DNA of 32,000 bases from Halomicronema hongdechloris C2206 (GCF_002075285.3 NZ_CP021983.2:3360001-3392000), one strand, 5' to 3'; shown: positions 19,048-27,566, counted from the first letter of the stretch. The notes: generated by a model from the letters alone, not told the origin. A program made the numbers and translations.

Positions 19048-20132
19048 GAGGTAGTCTCAAGGGTTAGATCCAAGCTCAACTGGGTATAGGGAGAAACGGG
19101 CTGTAGATTTGCGATCGCAATGCCCAGCAGCCGTACCCGATGTTGCTGCTGCCAATGGGCAATCAATAGCTGGGTAGCCTGGGCATGAATCTCAGCACTG
19201 GTCTCAAAGGGAGTCGAGCGGGTATAACTGCGGGTAATCTGGCGATAGTCGGCGTATTTCAGTTTCAGCGTCAGCGTATAGCCACAGCGTTGTCGTTGTT
19301 TTAGCCGGCTGGCCACCTGCTCCGCCAAGGGTGCCAATGCCTGCTGCAGCTGAGCCAGGGTTTCTAAATCCCGAGCAAAGGACCGTTCTACCCCGATCGA
19401 CTTGCGCACCCGGCTGGGATTAACCGGTCGCGGATCTGCCGCTCGCGCCAACTGATAGTACCAGCGACCGACTTTACCAAAGTGACGCACCAACTCGGCC
19501 TCTGACCATTGCTGTAAATCGGCCCCGGTATAAATGCCCAGGCCATGCATCTTAGTAGCCGTGACCTGGCCAATGCCATGGAATCGCTCAATCGCCAAAG
19601 TGGCCACAAAGGCTAGGGCCTGGCCTGGGGTAATCAGGGTGAGACCATCGGGTTTTTGATGTCCGGAGGCAATCTTAGCCAAGAACTTATTCATCGCCAC
19701 GCCGGCGGAAGCAGTCAGGCCCGTCTCTTGGTAAATTGCCCGTTTAATAGCTTGGGCCGTGGCCTGGGCCGAGGGTAGATGGCGCTTATTGGCCGTCACA
19801 TCCAGATAGGCCTCATCCAGGGCCAGGGGCTCGATTAAATCGCTGTAGCGACGAAAAATCCCATGGATCTGCCGGGACACCTGGCGATAGACGTCGAAGC
19901 GGGGTTTGACGAAGATTACCTGCGGGCAACATTGCTGGGCAGTGCGGCTGGGCATGGCGGCATGGATGCCAAAGCGTCGGGCCTCGTAGCTGGCAGCAGC
20001 CACGACCCCCCGTTGCTCAGGGCGTCCCCCGACCACAAGGGGCCGTCCTTGGTAGGCTGGGGTATCCCGTTGCTCTACCGAGGCATAGAAGGCATCCATG
20101 TCGATATGAATGATCTTGCGCAGATTGCCCAT
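19017..20132 (-). CDS. dinB: DNA polymerase IV (Y-family translesion polymerase)
   Basis: 371 aa: MGNLRKIIHIDMDAFYASVEQRD...RPLVVGG...GVVAAASYEARRFGIHAAMP...LALDEAYLDVT. This is the canonical DinB N-terminus and catalytic motifs. Confidence 0.9.
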   Translation of the reverse strand: MGNLRKIIHIDMDAFYASVEQRDTPAYQGRPLVVGGRPEQRGVVAAASYEARRFGIHAAMPSRTAQQCCPQVIFVKPRFDVYRQVSRQIHGIFRRYSDLIEPLALDEAYLDVTANKRHLPSAQATAQAIKRAIYQETGLTASAGVAMNKFLAKIASGHQKPDGLTLITPGQALAFVATLAIERFHGIGQVTATKMHGLGIYTGADLQQWSEAELVRHFGKVGRWYYQLARAADPRPVNPSRVRKSIGVERSFARDLETLAQLQQALAPLAEQVASRLKQRQRCGYTLTLKLKYADYRQITRSYTRSTPFETSAEIHAQATQLLIAHWQQQHRVRLLGIAIANLQPVSPYTQLSLDLTLETTSQVLSGQSSG

Positions 20133-20479
20133 GCTCTCAAGAGGGAGGGGAATCCCGCTGTCCCTGGGACGGCTTTCCCCCTGCCATCACTGGCTAGCTT
20201 TTTCATCATAGAAGTGTGGATGAGATTTGGATGCAGCAACGTCGGTGAGGGTCACGATGACCCAGCAGTGGCGACGGGCTAAACGCTGGCTGGGACAGCG
20301 ATTGCAGTGATGGGGCCAGGCCCTGAGTCAAGGGTAGCCGTAGCATCGACTCCCGGCAAAACTAGCCGGGGAATGCCCTCAGGGAGTCATGAAATCTAAA
20401 ACCTCACTAAGAATTGGCGATATGCGATCGCGTCTGAGGGACACTAGAACTCTAGCAACTGTGACGCATACATATCGCC

Positions 20480-20833
20480 ATGACTGAATTTCTCGACTTT
20501 CTCAAGCACAAGTATGCCTATGTCGCCATTGGTGAGTTTAAGCCTGGGTGTTTCTCAGAGGCCCGCCAACTCTATGAAAAAGCGGTGTCTACCTATGACC
20601 ATGGCTTCAAGGGGGCCTATTTACTGCAGGAACCCGGTACTGATCGAGGCATTGCCATCATCCTCTGGGAAAACGTAGAGGATATGGAAGCCCACGAGAG
20701 TGAGGTGTATGAGCAGGCTCTAGCCAAGATCTCCCATCTGTTTGCGACACCACCAGTAACCACCTTCTATGAGGTGTGTAGTGAAATTGGCTTACCTGAT
20801 GGGGCCAAGCCAGTGGGAGTAGTGGATGCATAG
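20480..20833 (+). CDS. Hypothetical protein, possibly ABM/Dabb-like (ferredoxin-like alpha+beta barrel)
   Basis: 117 aa, with non-repetitive, globular-looking composition. The pattern YVAIGEFKPG...GFKGAYLLQEPGTDRGIAIILWENVEDMEAHESEVY resembles antibiotic-biosynthesis-monooxygenase-type domains. This is similarity by eye only. Confidence 0.4.
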   Translation: MTEFLDFLKHKYAYVAIGEFKPGCFSEARQLYEKAVSTYDHGFKGAYLLQEPGTDRGIAIILWENVEDMEAHESEVYEQALAKISHLFATPPVTTFYEVCSEIGLPDGAKPVGVVDA

Positions 20834-21017
20834 GCCGGCAATCGCTTGGCAGTAATGCTCTCCGCCACGGCCTCCCAGCCCTCCTAAATGGGGAAGCAAG
20901 TGCTTCCAAGTCCCCTAGAACTGGGGGCTGCAGGAGGGTATTAGTGAGCAAACTTTTTGCAAAATATTGCGCCTGATGGTGTACTCTGGTTAAATTTCCT
21001 GTATTCGAGCAGAGCCT

Positions 21018-21269
21018 ATGGCAAAACGGCCCAAACACACGCAAGCTCATATGTCTCGCACGGTCTCTAAACGCCAGTCCACCTTCTTTCGACAGCGCAC
21101 CCGGACTCAGATGGAATACTACATGGGGGCCAAGTTGATTGAGGTGGGGGTTGACCCCAAAATTGCTATCTATCGCTGGTCGGTTGAAGACCAGGGGGCC
21201 AATGAAGTCTGGACCTACAGTGCCTACTGGGGAGACTCTCGCGAGAAGTTGGAGCAGGCCGAGGCATAG
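21018..21269 (+). CDS. Hypothetical small protein
   Basis: 83-aa ORF with a basic N-terminus and a compact C-terminal part (GAKLIEVGVDPKIAIYRWSVEDQGANEVWTYSAYWGDSREKLEQAEA). No family was recognised and the start is uncertain (internal Mets are present). Confidence 0.35.
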   Translation: MAKRPKHTQAHMSRTVSKRQSTFFRQRTRTQMEYYMGAKLIEVGVDPKIAIYRWSVEDQGANEVWTYSAYWGDSREKLEQAEA

Positions 21270-21436
21270 ATCCTCCGGCAGGGCCTGGGGTTGCGAGGGT
21301 CTCAGAGTTTAAGACGGTGAAGTATCAGAAAGTTTCCCGATCTAGGGAGACTTAATGATTTGCTAGGGCCTGAGTAAGGGTTTCGTAAACTCAACGACCA
21401 ACTTTAAGGAATTGGGCATTGACCTTGGCTTAATGG

Positions 21437-22408
21437 ATGGATATTGGCTACTCCTCAAACTTCGCCATGCCGTCTTCAATGATGCCTACTGTGTCAACGA
21501 TTCGCCTGCCCAAAGTGGGACTGTTGGGCCTGAGCGCTACGCTGGTCTGTATTTACCTGGGGCTGCTGTGGCGCATTGATGACGTGGCTCACTTAGGGAT
21601 GAGTCTATTGTTCTTAGTCGCAGCTGGCTCGATCACTTGGGAGCGCCGACAGCAACTGCAGTGGCGATGCGATCGCATCGGCCTCATAGCCGGAGGCGGT
21701 CTACTACTACTGACCCTGGCAATCAGTGGTTGGCTAGCCGGCCAGGGGCATCCTGATCACCTCCCTACTGGACTGCGGCGGCAACTCTTTCAGAGCCTCT
21801 TACGGTTGTTACCGTTTCTGTCTACCCTAGCTCTGGCCTGCCTGGCCGCAGGCTGGCATCATCTCCGTCAGTTTTGGCGGGAAGTGGCGATTATGGCTGC
21901 CCTCGGCATTCCCAGTATCTTGGCTAGTGTCACCGTAGACATCTCGCCGATCACGGCTCGGTTTTCGACCCTGTTGTTGTGGTACGGCGGTTTCCAGGTG
22001 GTGCGCCAAGATCTGATCATCGCCTTGCCTGGGGGCGGGGTAGAGGTCTATGCAGGGTGTTCGGGCATGGAATCCATGACCTATCTGCTAGGGCTATCTG
22101 TAATCTGTCTGATTATGTTTCCGATTCGGGGCGTGAAGGCCTGGCTGACTCCTCTGTTGGCCATTGCCTTAGGATTCATCATCAATGGGATTCGGGTGGC
22201 CCTGATGGCGGTGTTAGCGGCCACGAACAACACCGCCGCCTTCGACTACTGGCATGAGGGAGACGGGTCTTTGCTGTTTGGACTGTTTGCCGTGCTGACC
22301 TTTGGCGGCCTGTATATGGGATTGCTGACCCTAGATAGCAGCAAGCCTGCCGCCTCAACCCAGACCGACCCACTGGAGTTCCCTTGGGACCCTCCCCCTG
22401 ATGCCTAG
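21437..22408 (+). CDS. Exosortase-family transpeptidase, cyanoexosortase type (probably CrtA-like)
   Basis: 323-aa polytopic membrane protein with the exosortase catalytic signature in order: Cys in YAGCSGMESM (Cys208, codon 22058-22060), Arg in INGIRVALMAV (Arg253) and His in YWHEGDGSLLF (His273). The A versus B subtype cannot be decided by eye. Confidence 0.75.
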   Translation: MDIGYSSNFAMPSSMMPTVSTIRLPKVGLLGLSATLVCIYLGLLWRIDDVAHLGMSLLFLVAAGSITWERRQQLQWRCDRIGLIAGGGLLLLTLAISGWLAGQGHPDHLPTGLRRQLFQSLLRLLPFLSTLALACLAAGWHHLRQFWREVAIMAALGIPSILASVTVDISPITARFSTLLLWYGGFQVVRQDLIIALPGGGVEVYAGCSGMESMTYLLGLSVICLIMFPIRGVKAWLTPLLAIALGFIINGIRVALMAVLAATNNTAAFDYWHEGDGSLLFGLFAVLTFGGLYMGLLTLDSSKPAASTQTDPLEFPWDPPPDA

Positions 22409-22456
22409 GGGTGCCGTTGTTGCTAACTGACGAGCTGCGCAAGCATTGAATAACCG

Positions 22457-23218
22457 ATGACTAAGACTAATAAGACAACGCCAGATACCGAACAGCTGAC
22501 TCAAGCCCTGAAACAACTCTGGAAATCCCGCAGCACTATGCTGCGCTCAATCTCACCTCTACGGTTGGCGGGCTATGGGTTATTGCTGTTAGCGCTGTTT
22601 GACCTAGCGGAAATTTTAATTCCGCCCGTGTTGATGAACCCCCGCTGGGAATTTCAGGCCTTCGGCCAGTTGATTGAGCGAGTTCCCGTGCCGCTGATTG
22701 GGGTCGGCCTGATTTTTATCGGCGGTCGGGATGAACGGCTGCCATGGGAGGTCTCTCTGCTCAAAATATTGTCCTGGGTGACGCTACTGGTGGGGGTGCT
22801 CTATTTCCTGCTCATTCCCCTGGGGGTGGTCAATACTATCCGCATTGACCGCCAAAATAATGCCCAGATCACGACCCAAACGAATGAAGTGCGATCGCAA
22901 ATTGAGCAGGCTAAAGCGCAATTGGCGACCGTGAGTACTCCCGAGGAAATGCAGGCATTATTGCAGGCCGCTGGAGCGACCCAGGCAGTGCCTGAGCTAG
23001 GAGATCAACAAGATATCTCAGCCCTGAAAAATCAATTTACTGAGGCGATTGCAGACAACGAGGCGTCCCTGGCCACACAGGCCGCAGAAACTCGCTCCTC
23101 CCGACGCCTGGGGCTGCTGGAGAAGTCTATCAAGTGGAACCTCGGAGCCCTGGTAGCTGGGATGATGTATGTTCTCATCTGGCGCAGTACTGATTGGGCC
23201 CGGCGCGCCACTTCCTAA
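22457..23218 (+). CDS. HpsJ-like membrane protein (putative cyanoexosortase-associated)
   Basis: 253 aa, starting 48 nt downstream of the exosortase gene on the same strand. It has N-terminal TM helices (LAGYGLLLLALFDLAEILIPPVLMNPRWEFQAFGQLIERVPVPLIGVGLIFIGG; ILSWVTLLVGVLYFLLIPLG), a Q/A/E-rich coiled-coil-like middle and a C-terminal TM (LGALVAGMMYVLIW). The family assignment comes from my recollection of HpsJ-like proteins and is not verified. Confidence 0.45.
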   Translation: MTKTNKTTPDTEQLTQALKQLWKSRSTMLRSISPLRLAGYGLLLLALFDLAEILIPPVLMNPRWEFQAFGQLIERVPVPLIGVGLIFIGGRDERLPWEVSLLKILSWVTLLVGVLYFLLIPLGVVNTIRIDRQNNAQITTQTNEVRSQIEQAKAQLATVSTPEEMQALLQAAGATQAVPELGDQQDISALKNQFTEAIADNEASLATQAAETRSSRRLGLLEKSIKWNLGALVAGMMYVLIWRSTDWARRATS

Positions 23219-23315
23219 GAGTATTCCATCTAATCTGGCCTATTCAGCCAGCCCTTGGATGAGTATTGAGCGGGAACACTCTAAGCCAGAGCTATGCCAG
23301 TGTATCCGTCAGGGA

Positions 23316-23339
23316 GGGGGCAGCCAACGCGCTGCCCCC
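23316..23339. terminator. Candidate bidirectional terminator hairpin between convergent genes
   Basis: GGGGGCAG-CCAACGCG-CTGCCCCC forms a perfect 8-bp GC-rich stem with an 8-nt loop. It lies 7 nt beyond the minus-strand SLH-protein stop (23347) and 98 nt beyond the plus-strand stop (23218). There is no clear U-tract. Confidence 0.35.
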
Positions 23340-23346
23340 AACGCAG

Positions 23347-24666
23347 TTATTGGGCCTCGGTGCCACAGTCATAGAAGCGCACCAGCGCCGCCGAGGCATA
23401 GTTGCGCAGGGCTGGCTGATTGGGCGCAAAGGCTGTTCCCGATTCATTCAGCGGGGTGGCGACGCCACAGTAGGCTGACATGGTGGTGATTAGCGATTCT
23501 CCCCAATGGCCCTGAATGTCAGAAAACTGGAACGCTGTCTGGGTGGGGACTAACTCGGTATTGAGTCCTTGCGATCGCAACGAGAACTCTGCCGTGCGCC
23601 GGATCATAGCCATCAGCTCCACCCGCGTCACATTTGCCGTGGGTCGGAAAGTGCCCACATCGTCGCCGCTGACGATGTTATTGACCTTAGCAAACTGAAT
23701 CTTAGCAGCACTCCAGCGACTGGCTGGGACATCAGGAAAGGGATTGCTATTGACCTGGTTAGGCACATTGAGATTCGGGATGCGGGTGCGCAGGGCCTCA
23801 ACAATCATGGAGACGGCTTGTTCTCGGGTGACAGGTTGGCGGGGACCGAAGGTGCCATCCTGGAAGCCAGCGATAAATCCGATTTCAGTGGCTCGAATAA
23901 TTTCGCTGGCGTATAGATCGCCACTGATGTCAGGAAATACGGGACCGGGCGTGGGAGTTGGTGTCGGCGTGGGAGTTGGTGTCGGCGTGGGAGTTGGTGT
24001 CGGCGTCGGTGTCGGCGTCGGTGTTGGCGTCGGCGTCGGCTGTGCGTCGATTAACTGGGCTAGGGTGAGATCATTGGTGAAGTAATTATGGCCTAGGGTG
24101 CGGCCCTCAAAGGTGCGCTTGGTAATGCGCCAGCCCGGTTCCAGGATGATTTTGGTGTAGCCAGTGGGGCTAATGCCATTGGTGCGGCCGATGGTCAGCG
24201 GTCTGCCCCCTAACCTAGGGATTCCCTGTAGTACTAAGTCCCCATCTATTGCTCGAATCCGCAAGAGGTAAGACCCTCCCAGATCCTCATCGGCCACCCG
24301 AATAGAATAGCCGTTGCTATCAGAGGCCCGACCACAGATGCCTGAGAAGTCAAAGGTGGTCCACAGGGGCTCAACGGCTACTGGATTACTGCCAGTTTCC
24401 TGCCAGCAGGGACGGCTATCACTTATCTGCTCGATGATATACAAGCTGTAGGGCTCTAAACGGCTACCAGGAGCGGCCACTACCAGAAAATCATCCTGAT
24501 CAACTTCCTGCTTACCATAGACTGTCTGAGCTAATTGAGGTGTAACAGTCGCCCGCGGGGTCTGAACCTGGTTATAGGCGATGGCAGTGCCCAAGCCACC
24601 GAATAGGCCAACGGTAACGGCAGTCAGTGCAGTGATGTTTAATCTTGCCAGTGATGTCATGGTCAC
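23347..24666 (-). CDS. Secreted SLH-domain protein: N-terminal DUF3747-like domain, (PT)15 linker, three C-terminal SLH repeats
   Basis: 439 aa with a signal-like N-terminus. The cyanobacterial DUF3747-like region is FLVVAAPGSRLEPYSLYIIEQISDSRPCWQETGSNPVAVEPLWTTFDFSGICGRASDSNGYSIRVA. The SLH repeats are FPDISGDLYASEIIRATEIGFIAGFQDGTFGPRQPVTREQAVSMIV, then FPDVPASRWSAAKIQFAKVNNIVSG..TFRPTANVTRVELMAMI, then FSDIQGHWGESLI. Confidence 0.8.
   Translation of the reverse strand: MTMTSLARLNITALTAVTVGLFGGLGTAIAYNQVQTPRATVTPQLAQTVYGKQEVDQDDFLVVAAPGSRLEPYSLYIIEQISDSRPCWQETGSNPVAVEPLWTTFDFSGICGRASDSNGYSIRVADEDLGGSYLLRIRAIDGDLVLQGIPRLGGRPLTIGRTNGISPTGYTKIILEPGWRITKRTFEGRTLGHNYFTNDLTLAQLIDAQPTPTPTPTPTPTPTPTPTPTPTPTPTPTPTPGPVFPDISGDLYASEIIRATEIGFIAGFQDGTFGPRQPVTREQAVSMIVEALRTRIPNLNVPNQVNSNPFPDVPASRWSAAKIQFAKVNNIVSGDDVGTFRPTANVTRVELMAMIRRTAEFSLRSQGLNTELVPTQTAFQFSDIQGHWGESLITTMSAYCGVATPLNESGTAFAPNQPALRNYASAALVRFYDCGTEAQ
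23950..24039 (-). repeat. Coding tandem repeat specifying (Pro-Thr)15
   Basis: 90 nt of CCN-ACN dicodon repeats. They include three exact copies of an 18-nt unit (minus strand CCAACTCCCACGCCGACA; plus strand GGGAGTTGGTGTCGGCGT around 23953-24006). Confidence 0.9.
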
Positions 24667-25285
24667 CCTTCCTAAGAATGAACGTGTGTGAGGTAAGACG
24701 ACACCAAAATATAGCGTTAGCCAGATAGCTGAGGCTAGTCAGCCTTGCTCAAGGCTCCAAACTCGGGAGCGATTTGGCGTGCAACCGTCTCATGCTGGCT
24801 GATGGCTGCTATACCATGCCGTCTGTTCGGTGAGACCCAGGTCAGATCGGGCTCAGTTGTTTTCTTGACAGCCAACCTCCATGGTTCAACTCGGCCTAGG
24901 GGTTGACCCGCTCGCTAAACGCCGATGCTATCAATACCCCGGCACTCGACAGTTGTCGGAGCGCTCAGTCAGTAGTATTGATCTACAGAACCTAGATACG
25001 TTATGTCATAGATCACAGACGAGACAATTCGCTATTCAGTTTCTAAGGGAACTCAGTGGCGATATTTCTCCAGATTTAGTCTTGCCTAGGGTATTGTTCT
25101 GTAGGTGAAGCGCTTTGACAAGTCTCTCTTGGTGTTCTGTAACGTCAGATGACAAATTGGCAAGATGCCTGGAGCTAGAGCCATGCTCTGAGGAAGATGA
25201 CCAGGGGAAATGATAGGAGCTAATGGGCGCAATGGGGGCAGTTGCCACCCCACATGGGTAGTTAGCCAGGGTAGATCCCTTAATA

Positions 25286-26116
25286 TCACTGGGGAGCCAC
25301 CGCATCCACCCACACCTGCATATCAGTCAAGGTGATGGGCCCAAATTGGGTGGCCAAGGCCACATCCGCGGCGTCGCGACCATAGGCAATGGCGATACGA
25401 TTACCCCGCAACTCCGATTGACTGGCATCGAAGACATACCAATGATCCCCGACAAACGCTTCAAACCAAGCGTGTAAATCCATCGGTTCTAATTGATATA
25501 AATAGCCCACTACCATGCGGGCAGGGATATTTAAACTGCGGCATAGTGCAATGCCTAAATGGGCAAAATCACGGCAGACTCCAACGCGATGGCGGGCCGT
25601 TTCAACTGCTGAGGTGGAGACATCGCTAGCACCATAGGCATACTGAATATGACTGTGAATCCACTGGCGAATGGTGTCTACTTGATCATATCCTGGCCGA
25701 CTATCGGCAACGATTTCACTGGCCAGTTCTGCCAAACTATCTGATTGACAATAGCGACTCGGCAACAAAAATTGTAGGGCTGTCTCCGGTAAGTGTTGAA
25801 TGGGAACAAAGGGCGCCCCTGGTTGCACATCAACATGATCTGCAGTTTCCACCTGCACTGTTGTGCTGACCGCCAGGGCTCCCTCTGGCACAATCAACCG
25901 TTGGCATAAATTGCCATAGCTGTCGGTATACTCGACAACGGGAACTTGAGGCTGCAATAAATATTCTTCCTTCATTACCCATTGGGCAAACCCACTGCGG
26001 GGCCTGAGCATTAAGATTAAAGGAGCTGGAGCCGTTGCCGTGAAAGAAATATGACATCCAGCAGTCAGTTGCATGATATCTAGGATGGATAGCCCCCACG
26101 CAGCATACTTTGTCAA
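25286..26116 (-). CDS. Transglutaminase-like cysteine protease family protein (Bact_transglu_N + transglutaminase core)
   Basis: 276 aa. The catalytic Cys context is GVCRDFAHLGIALCRSLNIPARMVVGY, followed by HAWFEAFVGDHWYVFDAS (His/Asp). The N-terminal beta-rich domain is typical of bacterial transglutaminase-like proteins. The likely start is the ATG at 26074 (MQLTAGCHISF). Confidence 0.85.
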   Translation of the reverse strand: MTKYAAWGLSILDIMQLTAGCHISFTATAPAPLILMLRPRSGFAQWVMKEEYLLQPQVPVVEYTDSYGNLCQRLIVPEGALAVSTTVQVETADHVDVQPGAPFVPIQHLPETALQFLLPSRYCQSDSLAELASEIVADSRPGYDQVDTIRQWIHSHIQYAYGASDVSTSAVETARHRVGVCRDFAHLGIALCRSLNIPARMVVGYLYQLEPMDLHAWFEAFVGDHWYVFDASQSELRGNRIAIAYGRDAADVALATQFGPITLTDMQVWVDAVAPQ

Positions 26117-26224
26117 GGGATATGAGTTTATTAATCGAGATATCCGTTCTCAAACGTCGATACAGACACTCCATCGATATAAGCTCTGCATTTTGTAATA
26201 ATCGGCAGTCCCGGTGGCCAGGCA

Positions 26225-26569
26225 TCACAACGAAATCCGTCCTGTGGAGAAGAGGCGATAGCCTAGGGTAAATGACACTAAGGCCAAGAAGAACTGCCAC
26301 AAGCTGGTCGGATTGAGGATAGCCCGGCTGCTGACAAAGACACACAGCACTCCCAGGGCAATCAGCACCCAGCCCAATTGCTTAGCTGCCCCCAGGGGAG
26401 CCAGCAGCAGCGTGACGATGCCCAGGCTCAAGAACAAGATAGAGACATCAGCAGCGATGCCACGCCACCAGTAAGGATTGACATTGGTGGTGAAAAAGAT
26501 GTTTTTGCCCAGGAAATAAAGCCCCAGCAGCAGTAGACCCAGGCCAATCAGTTGAATCAGAAATCGCAT
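26225..26569 (-). CDS. Small integral membrane protein (about 4 TM), uncharacterised
   Basis: 114 aa with four clear hydrophobic helices (FLIQLIGLGLLLLGLYFL; IAADVSILFLSLGIVTLLLAPL; LGWVLIALGVLCVFV; LWQFFLALVSFTLGY). It lies 108 nt upstream of, and co-directional with, the transglutaminase-like gene. Confidence 0.5.
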   Translation of the reverse strand: MRFLIQLIGLGLLLLGLYFLGKNIFFTTNVNPYWWRGIAADVSILFLSLGIVTLLLAPLGAAKQLGWVLIALGVLCVFVSSRAILNPTSLWQFFLALVSFTLGYRLFSTGRISL

Positions 26570-26922
26570 CGTTTACCTACCCCAGGCCAACATTTCATCC
26601 AAAGCGATTATTCTCAAGAGGAACCTCTACTGCCCGACAAGCGACGGGCCAGCCATAGAGGTCCCCCAAATCCGATCAGCAGATTTGCCAATAACCACAG
26701 ATAGGAGATGGCTCCTCCAAAACCATGGATAGTGCATCAGCTTGTCTAGGGAAATTCTCACAATCACGACCTCGCTCGCATTGACCTACCCACTCTGCAG
26801 CTGTGATTGGACAGGCAGAGATAGGGAAGCTCGTAGCTAGGATAATCGACCCGGAAAAGGGTTGTCAGTATCTCTTACCAAGCCTGGCGCTGGCTCACGC
26901 CAAGCAGTTCGCTAGTGCATTT

Positions 26923-27516
26923 CTAAAGCAGCTCTAAAAAGTCTACCCCTACCCCCAATACCAGGCCCACATCGGTACCATCGTTGCCGAAACTGGCATT
27001 GATGCGGGCGGTTCCTGTCACCAGGTCAGTAATGGGGACATCGACCCCTCCAGACACTAGTGGATCGACCTCAAAGTCGTCTGTTTCTACGGAAATACCG
27101 GCTCCCACGAATGGAAATAGTAATGGTCTGCCCGTGGATTGATGTTGAATTGGCAACCCACCGGTCACGGCAAACGAGGCTAGGCTGTCGCCGGTGAGCA
27201 CCGAGGCCGAATGGATAGATAGGTGATCTGTCACTGACAATCGCCCCACTAACGAAAATCCCCCATCACCTAGGCCAGTCTCGCCTTCATCGCTGAGGCC
27301 AATGGTACCACCGACGCCAAAGTAGTTGATGCGATCTACCTCCGCTTCAGCCTCCGTTTGCTGGGCAATTGGCGCTGGTTGGGGAATGCCCAGCTGCTCT
27401 GCATCCGAGGGGTCAACCGATGATGGATCAGTTTGGGCGACACAGGGGTTTGCCGCTGCCAGCAGTAGCACATTGATCACTCCAATCAACTGTAGCTGGT
27501 AGGTCATAGGCATCAT
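26923..27516 (-). CDS. Secreted protein, probable small outer-membrane beta-barrel
   Basis: 197 aa with a signal peptide (LIGVINVLLLAAANPCVAQ). Alternating hydrophobic/polar strands are separated by Gly/Asp turns (NYFGVGGTIGL, GFSLVGRLSVTDHLSIHSASVL, LFPFVGAGISVE, GTARINASF, DVGLVLGVGVDF). No canonical C-terminal Phe is present. Confidence 0.45.
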   Translation of the reverse strand: MMPMTYQLQLIGVINVLLLAAANPCVAQTDPSSVDPSDAEQLGIPQPAPIAQQTEAEAEVDRINYFGVGGTIGLSDEGETGLGDGGFSLVGRLSVTDHLSIHSASVLTGDSLASFAVTGGLPIQHQSTGRPLLFPFVGAGISVETDDFEVDPLVSGGVDVPITDLVTGTARINASFGNDGTDVGLVLGVGVDFLELL

Positions 27517-27566
27517 TATTTAACCCTCTTAGAAACGCTATCTGCTGGATTTGTCAAACAAGGTGT

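Noticed and set aside
20133-20330. Search for a cyanobacterial LexA/SOS box upstream of dinB
   Set aside because: I could find no RGTAC-N-GTWC-like palindrome on either strand, so no claim of SOS regulation is made.
23950-24039. Short tandem direct repeats that might suggest a CRISPR or minisatellite locus
   Set aside because: The repeats are 6/18-nt units with no spacers. They are in frame within a long ORF, where they encode a (PT)15 linker. No cas genes are present.
24881-25108. 75-aa plus-strand ORF in the large intergenic gap
   Set aside because: It has no Shine-Dalgarno sequence and no recognisable domain, and its composition is not convincingly protein-like. It is kept only as part of the finding on the unexplained gap.
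25830-26345. 171-aa minus-strand ORF overlapping both the transglutaminase-like gene and the 4-TM gene in another frame
   Set aside because: It overlaps two better-supported genes, and its translation is Cys/Arg/Leu-rich with no motifs. It is most likely an alternative-frame artefact.
26627-26737. 36-aa minus-strand ORF (MHYPWFWRSHLLSVVIGKSADRIWGTSMAGPSLVGQ) in the 353-nt gap between the beta-barrel gene and the 4-TM gene
   Set aside because: It is too short, has no clear RBS, no TM helix and no known motif. Coding cannot be distinguished from chance by eye.
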